This document shows positions 29,931 through 40,061 of a stretch of DNA of 64,000 nt, in pieces; positions within the stretch are counted from its first letter, which is position 1, and each line of letters begins with the position of its first letter. The stretch is from positions 160,001 to 224,000 of the forward strand of contig OZ253449.1 in NCBI GenBank assembly GCA_965261345.1, in the 5' to 3' direction. Made by a program: the position numbers and the translations under genes. Source of the stretch: Chloroflexota bacterium (GTDB lineage: Bacteria > Chloroflexota > UBA11872 > VXNJ01). The notes beneath the pieces were generated by a model, which saw nothing but the letters and a program-made list of their open reading frames with translations, was not told the DNA's origin and made no database searches.

Positions 29931-30848
29931 TTGGGACAACATAAAAACCCACAAGAGTATTTGCGGCATTTCGGGAGTCCACCCGGCAAACGCATGATCT
30001 GGCAATTTGACACGAAAATTCTGAAATATTCCAATCGCCCAATTCCAATCAAGAATGTCGCGCAAGCACGCAATTACTATTCGCCAGTTGACGAAAAAAT
30101 GCTGGCTGAATTGATTGAAGCTCCTGCCCACGGGCCACTAAACAAGCTCCGCAACCGAGAGGACCTTAACCCCGACGATCGCTCGAGCGTTGCGTGGTAC
30201 ATAAACGCGATGGTTCGGCGGGGGCCGCGCGCCCGAAATCATTTGCTGGAAGTATTACCAACCGAATTCAGCGCCTATCGTAAACGACTAATTGCAAATC
30301 TCGACCAGCTGATTGAGCGGTACGGACATACCAGTGCCGAATGGATCAACGCACTTGATCAATTGAGTGAACGCATCCTTCGCGGCGACGTTTCTGACAA
30401 GGACGACTTAATCAGGTCGCAGTATTTGGTGGGAAAAGTCGCACTTGCCGTCTTTCATATGCAATGGGTGATAGTCCATTCGAATCGAACTGGTGAGTTC
30501 ATAACCAATGACAACCCGGTGTTTTTTACTGAAGGGATCGGCTTGGGGCACCCACAAGCAGAATTGACTCTTCCGCTGTCGCCGCGCACGGCGTTGCATG
30601 CGTCGTGGCGAGGACGGGAATTCGGGCTCGAACATGCATCAGCGACTCAAAATCAACTGGTGAAAGAGATTAATCGACGGACGGTATATGTTGCGGATCG
30701 CATGTTGTACTCACGCGGTAAGCACGATTGGTTAGCGGCAATCGCCGCAAAAAAGCCAAATGTCTTGCTGAAGCCCCTGTACTTTGGACATCCTGGATTC
30801 CAACCAGTTGAAATCCCGGACGAGGACCAATATGCTAGCGTGATTTGA
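29931..30848 (+). CDS. DUF4238 family protein
   Basis: N-terminal QHKNPQEYLRHF (cf. HYVPQ.YLR.F), FITNDNPV, LPLSPRTAL, EINRRT. Confidence 0.8.
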   Translation: MGQHKNPQEYLRHFGSPPGKRMIWQFDTKILKYSNRPIPIKNVAQARNYYSPVDEKMLAELIEAPAHGPLNKLRNREDLNPDDRSSVAWYINAMVRRGPRARNHLLEVLPTEFSAYRKRLIANLDQLIERYGHTSAEWINALDQLSERILRGDVSDKDDLIRSQYLVGKVALAVFHMQWVIVHSNRTGEFITNDNPVFFTEGIGLGHPQAELTLPLSPRTALHASWRGREFGLEHASATQNQLVKEINRRTVYVADRMLYSRGKHDWLAAIAAKKPNVLLKPLYFGHPGFQPVEIPDEDQYASVI

Positions 30849-31042
30849 GCTCAAATCCGAACGGCGCAGCCTAGTGCAACGAAGTGAAATGCCGCAACGA
30901 ACCGCGTCATCTGAACTTTCGATTGGTCCTCAGCAGACAGCGTCCGTTTTTCATAATCGCAATTATGTCGATTAGTTGATTGGGTCGGCTGCTTGGCGAG
31001 AAATTGGTCCCGATAGTGCAACCGCGATAAGTGCAGATCCAA

Positions 31043-31321
31043 TCAACCAAAAAGATCAGAGTGAGTCCCTGTTCGGATCAGGTGAAGTTCACGGTTGCCT
31101 TCTCGCCAAATCAACAACCAATTTGATTCAATGTGGCATTCCCGGCGATCGTGCCAATCTCCAGCCAAACGGTGTTGGCGTAGCGCCGGATTTAGCTCCA
31201 TGCGATTCTGCAATCCATTGACAATGCATTGCAGTTTCGAAAGGTCTTTCGAGCGCCGCTTGGGTGCCCTGGCATTCTTCTTAAATTGCCTGGTGGTGAG
31301 GACCCGTTTGGGTTCACTCAA
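31043..31321 (-). CDS. yafQ: YafQ-family mRNA interferase toxin
   Basis: QHRLAGDWHDRRECHIESNWLLIW...LIRTGTHSDLF; TTG start overlaps the antitoxin stop. Confidence 0.9.
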   Translation of the reverse strand: MSEPKRVLTTRQFKKNARAPKRRSKDLSKLQCIVNGLQNRMELNPALRQHRLAGDWHDRRECHIESNWLLIWREGNRELHLIRTGTHSDLFG

Positions 31322-31578
31322 TATCCGCAATCCGCAATTATTTCATCAAAACTGGCGTACTCGGTAAGCCCTTCCCTTTTGCGGGAATGAGCAATCGCTT
31401 CCAGGGTTTCCCGATTTGGAAGCCTCACGTCAAATGGTATGCCGTGATGAATGATTACTTGCTTGTGGAAAAGGGTGATTGCTTCCGTGGTGGACAAACC
31501 GAGCGCAGAAAATACTGCCTCGACACCACGTTTCAATTCCGGCTCGACGCGAGCCCGAATCATGTCAGTTTTGGGCAT
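31318..31578 (-). CDS. dinJ: RelB/DinJ-family antitoxin
   Basis: IRARVEPELK...LGLSTTEAITLF...GIPFDVRLPNRET. Confidence 0.9.
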   Translation of the reverse strand: MPKTDMIRARVEPELKRGVEAVFSALGLSTTEAITLFHKQVIIHHGIPFDVRLPNRETLEAIAHSRKREGLTEYASFDEIIADCGY

Positions 31579-32423
31579 TAGATGTTGCCAATCCGAGTTT
31601 CTTGTCTCAATCGTATCCCTTAGCGGATACGTTGGCGGAAGGCGAATGGCGATTCCGATGACGCACGCGCAATATCGAAATAACGCTCCACCAGCGCCGC
31701 TTCCGTGGGTGCGAATTGCGCGTATCTCGATCAAGCTGCCGAACTTAGGGACGCGGAATGTGCTTCAGCGACGTTGTAATGATTATGTCCAATGCTTGCC
31801 ATGTTCATGGCTTAAAGGGTAGAAGTTGCTCAATTTCATTGAATGCCGAATAGTGGGCGACTAAATTGCCAGTACCAAGAGCAAAACGACCAGTGCTACG
31901 CCGGCCCAAAAAGCCCAGAGGACAAATTGGACGAAGGTTCTCAGCACCTACCCCCAGCCCAGCGAGCCCCGGAGTTTCATTCACTCGAGTCAATTAGACG
32001 TGCCGCAAACGGGCAACCGCCGGTGGTACACAGATTCGTGCTCGAATGGTCGTTCATTGACAATCTTGCGACAGGATTAGTCGACCGCAGCGACCAAAGC
32101 GTACTTTGACCAAGTGCAATTGCCACCCGTGTGCGCCCTCAACGGGACGTTGAGAATCTCAGTTTGCACCAATAGCCACAGTCGCGATTAATTGACTGGC
32201 ATTGGGTGTCGGCGGAAATTAGAAAGGGCCTGCTGAAAAAGTCCCGCCTGAACTGACACCGCACCTTAAGTTGGCGTACGGCGGCCTCGACATCTTTTCG
32301 AAGTGCAACAAGTTGCCGCTTAAGTCCAATGGCCTGGGATGCCCGAAGGTGGGATTCAACCCCGACGAGAGCCGTTTCAATGCCTGTTGTGTTGGCAGAA
32401 CCCCGGGGCACTTTCAAGTTGGC

Positions 32424-33698
32424 TCAATTTGCGCCGGAAGGCGTGCCGGCTCTGCAGGCCCTAACTTCACCAAGGATCGCGTTCGCGTTAGCAAGGTGGA
32501 CATTTACTTCCAACATTTTGGCGACCCCAGATTCCATGGATGCCACGTCGAAGAAATCGATGCCTTGTTGAACGTGGCCCGAAACCTCAATTGAATCGCT
32601 GGCGATCGCATTTATTTCTGTTTCAAGATTGGCCAAATATGGCGGTGCATCGGCGAGATTGACAAGCGATTCGGCCGACAACTCAAGTTGTACCAATTGC
32701 AACGCCAATTGGAATATCCACGTTTCTTCAAACAGCAATTCCGGATTCGAGCCTAAGTCGCCAAATACGGAAGCGAGTTCCGTGTACGTGTTGCCTAGCG
32801 TCGCCATGTGCGGCCCGATGTCTTCTAGGTATCTCTGAACGGCTGGATCCAAACAAGCCGGAACGGGTGTTGAGGAGGCTGTCCCGGTTGGTGTCGGTGT
32901 CGCGGTCAGTGAAGTCCCTGATGTCGTCGTCGCGGGCGATTCTCCCAGAATTACCAATACCTGCCCAGGGTGAATCACAGATGTTGCATCTAAGCCGTTA
33001 GCATCCATCAAATCTTGTAAATCGACCTGGTAATCAAAGGCGATCGCCGCTAACCATTCCCCAGGTTGTACGGTGTGCGTTGTGGGGACCAATTCTGTTT
33101 TCGCCGTAATCTCAGATTCGGCCTCAGCAGGGGTTGGGGTATCTTGTGGTGATGGGCCGGGTCGCGCGCCAGGTGTCGGGGGAGTCTTCGTCAATAAGGA
33201 AGCCACGCTCGGGCCTGATTGCGTGGTGCCGCTAATCGTCAACTCCGCCCCTTCGACGCCGTCCTCAGAAACCGCCCGCACACGGTATCGCCGAGTTTTT
33301 CGGCGCTCGAGGCCGTCGTCGGTGAACGTCGTATCTGCCACGAAATGGTGTTCGTCAGTGAAGAACGCAATGTCCACGGTGATTTCGTAACGCTCGACAG
33401 AAACTTCAGTCGCGTTGGCCGGAGCGCCCCAGCGCAGCGTGATTGAATCATGCGTGGTGCTTTCAATTTTCAGGTTCTGAACAACACCCGGTTTGTCGGT
33501 AACAGCGTATGGAGTTGTCGGACTAGGAGACTCTTCTAATTGCGCGTCCTTCCCGACCTCTGCGATTTCGGTCGGGGTGGTCAACTCGAGCGACGGGTCG
33601 CCAGCAGCCTCGCATTCGGACTCGGCCGCCGCTAAGACCAGGGCCAAAGCGCAAATCAGAAAAATGGTGTGCCAACGGCTAAACCGCGCTGACTTCAT
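32424..33698 (-). CDS. Secreted protein with fibronectin type III and LysM domains
   Basis: Signal peptide; FN3 (PGVVQNL..SITLRWGAP..YRVRAV); LysM (HTVQPGEWLAAIA..LMDANGL..IHPGQVL); Thr/Pro linkers; helical C-terminus. Confidence 0.85.
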   Translation of the reverse strand: MKSARFSRWHTIFLICALALVLAAAESECEAAGDPSLELTTPTEIAEVGKDAQLEESPSPTTPYAVTDKPGVVQNLKIESTTHDSITLRWGAPANATEVSVERYEITVDIAFFTDEHHFVADTTFTDDGLERRKTRRYRVRAVSEDGVEGAELTISGTTQSGPSVASLLTKTPPTPGARPGPSPQDTPTPAEAESEITAKTELVPTTHTVQPGEWLAAIAFDYQVDLQDLMDANGLDATSVIHPGQVLVILGESPATTTSGTSLTATPTPTGTASSTPVPACLDPAVQRYLEDIGPHMATLGNTYTELASVFGDLGSNPELLFEETWIFQLALQLVQLELSAESLVNLADAPPYLANLETEINAIASDSIEVSGHVQQGIDFFDVASMESGVAKMLEVNVHLANANAILGEVRACRAGTPSGAN

Positions 33699-33784
33699 GA
33701 AACCAACTCCTCAGGTCGGCATCGCCAGCGGCGTTACCAACCCGCCGGCAAACACAAGCTGTCGACGCCGACCATTATGCGGTG

Positions 33785-35536
33785 GATCACGTCCCCTGGA
33801 GTGGTGTAAGAGCACCCGCTTGATCAACTAAGCCAACGCGATGACAAAGGGCCATCGTGTAAACCTCTACGGAGTCAATTCACTTACTTCGTCGAGGAAC
33901 CATCGATGGCCCAACTTGATTATCAGACCTTGCTTGCCCTTATCGCCAAGCAAGGGTTTGACAGCAGCGAATTCGTCCGCAGCGCCGTACGGCACGCCTA
34001 CCAGGAACTTATTGACGCCGGCCTGGCCGAAAACATCGGCGCCAAACCGCACGAGCGCAACGGCGAGCGTCGCAATCGGCTTTGATGGCTCGCGCAAGCG
34101 CACCCTCTCCACCCGGGCGGGCGACATCGAGATTGCCCTGCCCAAGCTGCGCCAAGGCAGCTACTACCCCGAGTTCTTGGAGCGGCGGCGCCGCATCGAC
34201 CAGGCCCTCTACGGCGTCATCATGACCGCCTACAGCAAGGGCGTCTCCACCCGCAAGGTCGACAAGCTGGTGGAGGCGATGGGAGTAAACGCCGGGATCT
34301 CCAGGTCCGAGGTGTCAAGGATCTGCAAAGGCATCGACGAGCTGGTCAATGCCTTCCGCGAACGCGATCTCGCGCATACGACCTTCCCGTACCTCTATCT
34401 CGACGCCACCTACGTAAAAGCCCGAAACGCGCATGCGGTAAGGTCGCGGGCGGTGGGCATAGCAATGGCCATAAACGAGAACGGCCATCGCGAGCTGCTG
34501 GGGCTTGCAATCGGCCACAGCGAAGCGCAGGGCTTCTGGGAGGACTTGATCGCCTCCCTGGTAACGCGCGGTCTATCCGGCGTGCGGCTGGTGATCTCCG
34601 ATGGGAACCAAGCCATCGGCAACGCGGTGACAAAGCTTATTCCCGAGGCCGCCTGGCAGACGTGCAGGACACACTTTGGGCGCAATCTTCTACCAAGGGT
34701 CAGAAGCGGCGACCGCGGGCTGGTGGCAGCCGGACTGGCGTCGCTGTTTGGGCAGGCTGACAAGCAGAGCGCCATGGACGCCTTCGGAGATTTCGCCGAT
34801 CGCTTAGAGCGCAAGTATCCGGAACTGTCCACGATCCTCGAGGACTCCGAGATCGCCCTGACTGCCTACACCGCCTTCCCGCCTTCGCACTGGCGCAAGA
34901 TCTGGTCCACCAATCCCCTAGAGCGCGTTATGGGCGAGCTAAAGCGCCGCACCCGGGTAGTACAGCTCTTCCCCGACGATGACTCGGTCCTGCGCCTTAT
35001 CGGAGCGGTCCTAATTGAGCAGAACGACGAATGGCTCGCATCCGAGCGCCGCTATATGTCCAGGCACTCGATGGCCTTAATCGGCCAACCCCCATCTCCG
35101 GGAGAGAGGCAGTCCCCGCTGGCATTGCCGGCGGGGTAGCAACCGCCGCCGGGGGCCGTAGCGCCCTCCAGGGAAATGGAAGGTCGTGCGCCCGGCTTGG
35201 CGCTAGCTGGGCCTAAATAAGGATCACTAGCGTCGAATTGGGCCGACTTTCCCAACAAACCCGGCCCGGTGAGCCCGAATGCGAGCCGTTACGGGCCGGG
35301 GCCGGCCTTCGGACCCATGGAAGCCCATATGACCGCGACCGCGCCATGGTCGCAACTGGCAAAATGATGGACGCCTTACCGGCAGTCGCCGTCACAGCCA
35401 AGGACTCGAAACTCCCCCAGCAAGCCCCAGCAACCATCTGCCGGCCCTGCCGGCAGCTGCAACTCTGTAGAGTTGCAGCTGCCGAACCCCTAAACGTAGA
35501 GGACGGCTTAGTTACACCACACCGTGGGACACGTCC
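33785..35536 (+). mobile_element. IS256-family element type A, copy 2 (1752 bp)
   Basis: Near-identical to the reverse complement of 3817-5568. Confidence 0.95.
33906..35139 (+). CDS. IS256 transposase; needs a +1 shift at CTT-TGA (34080-34085)
   Basis: Frame 0 (33906..34085) encodes MAQLDYQ...ERRNRL*; the +1 frame continues DGSRKRTLSTRAGDIE... Confidence 0.85.
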
Positions 35537-35807
35537 GACTTAGGCCGCTAGTGCTGTGTTGGCTGTGTCCGAAAATCATTGTGTCTAGAGGCGGTCGAAC
35601 ACGCCGCAAACGCCAATCGACTCAAACCGCGGAGACGCCGTTCCACTTTGGGACCTCACGCACTCGAATTAGTTTGGAGCTGGCGAGCACCGGAACGCGG
35701 CCCCGGTGAAGAATTACGAGCAGCGATACGTACCTATTCGTTCAACCGCAATCCATACGCCCGATGCCGACAAGTGAATGATGGTTGACCAGTTTCAGGA
35801 AAATTGC

Positions 35808-36242
35808 ATGAGCGAGATCACCATCAAGCTGGTTGAAACCAAAGCCGAATTCAAGGGCGCCTTAACCGTCCGCGAACGCGTATTCGTACAAGAACAACAA
35901 ATTCCTGCCGAAGTGGAACTCGACGAGGCCGACGAAATCGCAATCCATGCCGTCGCCCTGCATCAAGGGAGAGTAGTCGGAACCGGCCGGCTGGTAATCG
36001 AGAATGACAGCTGGGCCCGGATCGGGCGTATGGCCGTAGATGAGAAATTCCGCCGGCAGGGAACCGGGGCGCGGGTCCTCGTATTTCTAGAAGATGCAGC
36101 CCGGGCACAAGGATCTTACCGGTCCGTCCTTCACGCCCAGGAGTACATCAAGAGCTTTTACGCCCGGCGCGGTTATCGGGAGCACGGCGCAGCCTTCTTA
36201 GAAGTGGGCATTCCTCACATCGAGATGCACAAGCGCCTGTAG
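35808..36242 (+). CDS. GNAT N-acetyltransferase (YjcF/ElaA-like)
   Basis: VRERVFVQEQ, RIGRMAV...RRQGTG, FLEVGIPHIEM. Confidence 0.9.
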   Translation: MSEITIKLVETKAEFKGALTVRERVFVQEQQIPAEVELDEADEIAIHAVALHQGRVVGTGRLVIENDSWARIGRMAVDEKFRRQGTGARVLVFLEDAARAQGSYRSVLHAQEYIKSFYARRGYREHGAAFLEVGIPHIEMHKRL

Positions 36243-36432
36243 TCCAAACCTTTTAACCCCCTCCCATTTAATTGGTGGGCGCGATAGGCCAGGCTTTTCG
36301 CAAACAAGAATCGACGGAAAGCGTGCTGGGTTCGGTTCAATCCTTATGTCAATTACTTGTGGCTTTTCGGACATTGCCGAGTGGCTTTACGTGAGGCTGA
36401 TCCACTTGGCAGCTGGGGCCAGGTAGACCGCA

Positions 36433-37944
36433 ATGGGCTCGGCCCCTGAAGATATCGCTTTGAAATTCCAAAGTTCGCCCTTTCCGCGCATGAGCTTACA
36501 CACGAGGTTCGCGCCACTGGTGATCGGATTCGTTTGTGTTTTTTTGGGGACCTATGACGCCACCGCCTGGGGAGTGGTTCTACCGGCGGTCGCCAATCAA
36601 CTTGAACTCGATCTGATCGTTGCGCAGTGGGTCGTATTGGCGCCAATAATCATAAATGCATCGCTGCTCTTAGCAATGGGAAACTTGGCCGACAAGGTCG
36701 GTCACCGGCGCGTTCTCTACTTCGGATTGGCGGTCTATGTCACTGGCGCCCTGTTGGTTACGCTCTCAAGCGGGTTCCTCCTTCTGATCGCTGCCCGGTT
36801 ACTTTCCGGGATTTCGTTTGCCGTTCTCTTCACCGTCGGTTCGGCATTTACGGTGCGGGCGTTCGTGCCCGCCCAGCGGGCGCGGGCACTTGCAATCGTC
36901 GGTATTTGTAGCACTGTTGGTCTGACATCAGGCCCGTTGATTGGTGGATTGATCACCGCGCAGATCGGATGGCGCTACCTTTACGTGGTCCCATTGGTCA
37001 TCCTGGCGGTCTGCCTGCTGGTGATCGTAATCGCGGTCCGCACCCGACTCTGTGAGCGGTTGTGGGAAACCCCGCGGCGCCTCCGGCGCCGGTTCGACCT
37101 TCCCGGGGCGGTCCTGATGTTGGTTTGGCTGGGTCCGTTGCTCTTTGCAATCACCTTGGGCAACACAAGAGGCTGGTTGAGCCCAGAGATCATAGCGGCG
37201 GCAACTGTCGGAGTTCTGGCACTTGCGGCGTTCTTCCGCCTTCAGCTGCGTGCGCCCGAACCCACCTTAAATTTCTACCTTTTCAAACTACGAGATTTCC
37301 GGTTGCCGGTCCTAGCCGCGTATCTGGGGTTCATGACGGGTACCGTGGGCTTCCTGTTGCTGCCGATTTACATGGCCCAGGTTCTCGGGTTGTCACCATT
37401 CCTGATCGGCGCGGTTTTCGCGTTAGGGCCGGCGATGACGTTCATCATGGCCCCCCTCGCGGGTATGTGGGCCGAACGATCTTCGCCGCGCCAGCCAGCG
37501 ACGACAGGGCTACTCGTGATTGCGCTTGGGTCGGCTGCAACGTTGCTGCTCCAGACTGATTCGCCGGTCTGGTTTCTGCTGATCCTGTCGGCTTTGACCG
37601 GACTCGGATTCGGGGCATTCGAGTGGACGATCAGCGCTTCCATCGTGGGCTCGTTGCCAAGATCAATGCTTGGCTTGTCGGCCGCCTTTTTTGCCACTGC
37701 TCGCACGTTGGGTTTTTCCACTGGCCTGGTGCTTTGGGGGCTAACGTTTACCCTTGTCGTTACCACGTATGCCGGGACCACCGAAGCGCTCGCGGCCGGC
37801 CCCGAGGACCTGTTGATCGGACTCCGCTTCTGCCTGGGGGCCAGCACCTTGATCGCCCTTTTTGCGGCTTTCCTGACGATACGCCAGCGTGACAATCCCG
37901 ATGCCATCACGGAGGCTGAAATCACCGCGTTGCGCCCGCGTTAA
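36433..37944 (+). CDS. MFS transporter, DHA2 (14-TM) type
   Basis: GNLADKVGHRR motif A, GPLIGG motif C, FDLPG; start may be ATG 36490. Confidence 0.88.
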   Translation: MGSAPEDIALKFQSSPFPRMSLHTRFAPLVIGFVCVFLGTYDATAWGVVLPAVANQLELDLIVAQWVVLAPIIINASLLLAMGNLADKVGHRRVLYFGLAVYVTGALLVTLSSGFLLLIAARLLSGISFAVLFTVGSAFTVRAFVPAQRARALAIVGICSTVGLTSGPLIGGLITAQIGWRYLYVVPLVILAVCLLVIVIAVRTRLCERLWETPRRLRRRFDLPGAVLMLVWLGPLLFAITLGNTRGWLSPEIIAAATVGVLALAAFFRLQLRAPEPTLNFYLFKLRDFRLPVLAAYLGFMTGTVGFLLLPIYMAQVLGLSPFLIGAVFALGPAMTFIMAPLAGMWAERSSPRQPATTGLLVIALGSAATLLLQTDSPVWFLLILSALTGLGFGAFEWTISASIVGSLPRSMLGLSAAFFATARTLGFSTGLVLWGLTFTLVVTTYAGTTEALAAGPEDLLIGLRFCLGASTLIALFAAFLTIRQRDNPDAITEAEITALRPR

Positions 37945-38278
37945 GGCCGGAAAAGGGAGCGTATTTGCGTGCGAATTGCCCGGGCACAACACCCGGGAGG
38001 CGAGGGTCGACTTCCCATTCCGCGGCCCTGGATTCGATGCGCAATTGGGGAGCGAGTTGAATAAATCTATAGGATGGGGTCGGCGCATGTCGAAAGCAAA
38101 ACCTGACGATTCAACACTTGTGGTCGTCCGCGGACACGACCGGCGATTGAATTCGAGTCGGGTGCGATGACCCGCATCGCGAAGCGTCCGGGGCGTTGAC
38201 CGGGACCCAGAGAAATTCACCGTTTGGCGTGAACGATTTCTCCCGGGCATTGCTCGACTGGGCACTATAACCCGAACT

Positions 38279-38485
38279 GTGAAATTAAAGTTTTATGTCG
38301 CCTACCGCCAGGTGGTCATCCTCTCGGGAGCTGACCTGTCCATTGAAGCCGTAACCCGCCTCGGAGAAATGTCCTATGTCCCGCCCGGCGCAGCTCACCG
38401 GCCAGTCAACACCAGCGAAAACGAGTCACTGCGGTTGATCTTCGACCGCAACGCCCCAGTCGAATTTGCCGCGGAGGTGGAATGA
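38279..38485 (+). pseudogene. Cupin-domain C-terminal fragment
   Basis: GEMSYVPPGAAHRPVNTS resembles cupin motif 2; motif 1 is absent. Confidence 0.5.
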
Positions 38486-38534
38486 GTTAGCCCAATCGAC
38501 TGCTGATCTTTCCTCCTCTCCCTGCAAATATGGG

Positions 38535-38590
38535 AGATCGAATTCACCAGGGCTCATGTAGCCGAGCGCTTAGTGGCGGCGCTGGCCGAC
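38535..38590 (-). pseudogene. Short IS3-type transposase C-terminal relic
   Basis: Minus strand reads QRRH*ALGYMSPGEF (cf. RRHSALGYLSP.EF). Confidence 0.45.
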
Positions 38591-39201
38591 TGAGTCATTC
38601 ACGATCTTTCGTATTTCGATGAAAAGCCATGCAAAAGCGTTGCCGCGATGACGCGGTACGAGGAGGGACACTTTCGACTTTGTGGCGAAGCGGCGGATCA
38701 ACCCCGGTGCGCCCGATCAGCAAGGTCGGCTAAACGGGTAGGAATCGCTGCGGGCCGAATCCACTCAAGTCAATGAGGGGGAGCCGGCCACTGGCTGCTG
38801 AAGTGAAATTTGTTGGGCCGGTGGCCGAATTGAACTCAGATGACATGCTGCTCGCCGGATTGTTTGTGACCGTCGTGATCCTTTTTGCGGGTTCGATCGG
38901 CGCAGACGTAGCGATCTCCATTCGTGTGCGACCACGAATTAGAGTTCGTTTTCGCACGTTTCGTTGCGCCACTTCCGAAGAGGGAATTGCGCGTTGATCG
39001 CCGAATCGACTCCACCGCGCTCTTGCGCAATTCAATTCTTAACGGTAGTCGCCATTATGTCGAGTGTCGCATCATGGCCGAACACCTGCCCTGCCGCCGC
39101 TAGTGATGGCGCCGCAGTCGGGCGCCGGGCAACGTCCCTCAGTGCTTGGGCCTGCAAGCGCAAATCGCCGGCATCCTGATTGCGGCAGTGCGCAGGCACG
39201 T

Positions 39202-39887
39202 TTAGTGCAACAAGCCTTTGGCAAACTTCTGCGCGACGATCCTCCGCACGGCGTCATCCAGGGGGCCATCACCGGCCACAAGCTCGGCGAGGCCGCCGCC
39301 CGCAAACAGTACCGCCCAGCGATAGGCGCTTTCCGCACCGGCGCGCCCGCCTTCCAGGACCGGGACCTCGCCCAACGCCTCATCCAACAGCTGTATCATT
39401 TCGGTGGCAATCCGCCGGTGGTAGCGCTCCGAGACCGCGGCGGCGTCACCGCCCTGCCCCAGCGATTGCTGGTACCAACGCATTCCGTCCAGGTGCTTGA
39501 TCCGGGTGCGCGGAAAAAACGACACCATGAGGTTCCAGGGATCGGCGTCGGGCCGCTGGTCGCCCCGTGGCGGAAGTCGGTCCGCAAAATCACCGTGGGA
39601 ATATCCAGCATGTTGGCGTACATGTACTCAACGACCGCTCCTGAACCCAGTTCTGAGCCGTCGAAGTTAAAGAGCGCCAGATCACACTCCATCACCGCGT
39701 TAAGGTCCTGATCGCGGATCCCCATCGGACCAATGTCCCTCTGCTCCAGGTCCTGGGGAAGGACGCACTTGAAACGCCCCGCGGAAGCGTCATCAATCTG
39801 GGCACCGAGCAGGGCATTGCCTGCCAGACCTTTGTGATCGAACAAGTGGCCCGTGAAATAGATGGTGTACGGCGCTGACATGGTCAT
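39202..39887 (-). pseudogene. Nucleoside 2-deoxyribosyltransferase-like protein, frameshifted at a G4 run near 39563
   Basis: IYFTG...LPQ...DL..V..CD...FDGSELGSGAVVE...LRTDFR continues in another frame as GDQ..DPWNLMVSFFPRT. Confidence 0.75.
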
Positions 39888-40061
39888 TTCGGTTTCATCC
39901 AGATGCTTGGTCGCCAGCTCCTGCATTCGGATCGCAAGACGCTGTCCCAAACCTTCGTGCACAAGGCTAGCCGCGCCATTGCGTGAGTCGCTGGAAACAT
40001 TCGTACTGCAACCCCGTTATCGGTGAATACAAATACCTTTACGCTCGCGGCGGACGCATTC

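Larger units (their letters stand above)
25932..35536 (+). mobile_element. IS256-bounded composite transposon-like unit (9.6 kb)
   Basis: 8-bp direct repeat GACTTAGG at 25924-25931 and 35537-35544, flanking two directly oriented IS256-A copies. Confidence 0.8.

Noticed and set aside
33841-33905. ORF-track start MTKGHRVNL... (also 5512 and 25988) as the transposase N-terminus
   Set aside because: No similarity to the paralogue N-terminus MAQIDYQ; the homologous start is ATG 33906 in another frame. It does leave the +1 frame open from 33841, so an alternative product cannot be fully excluded.
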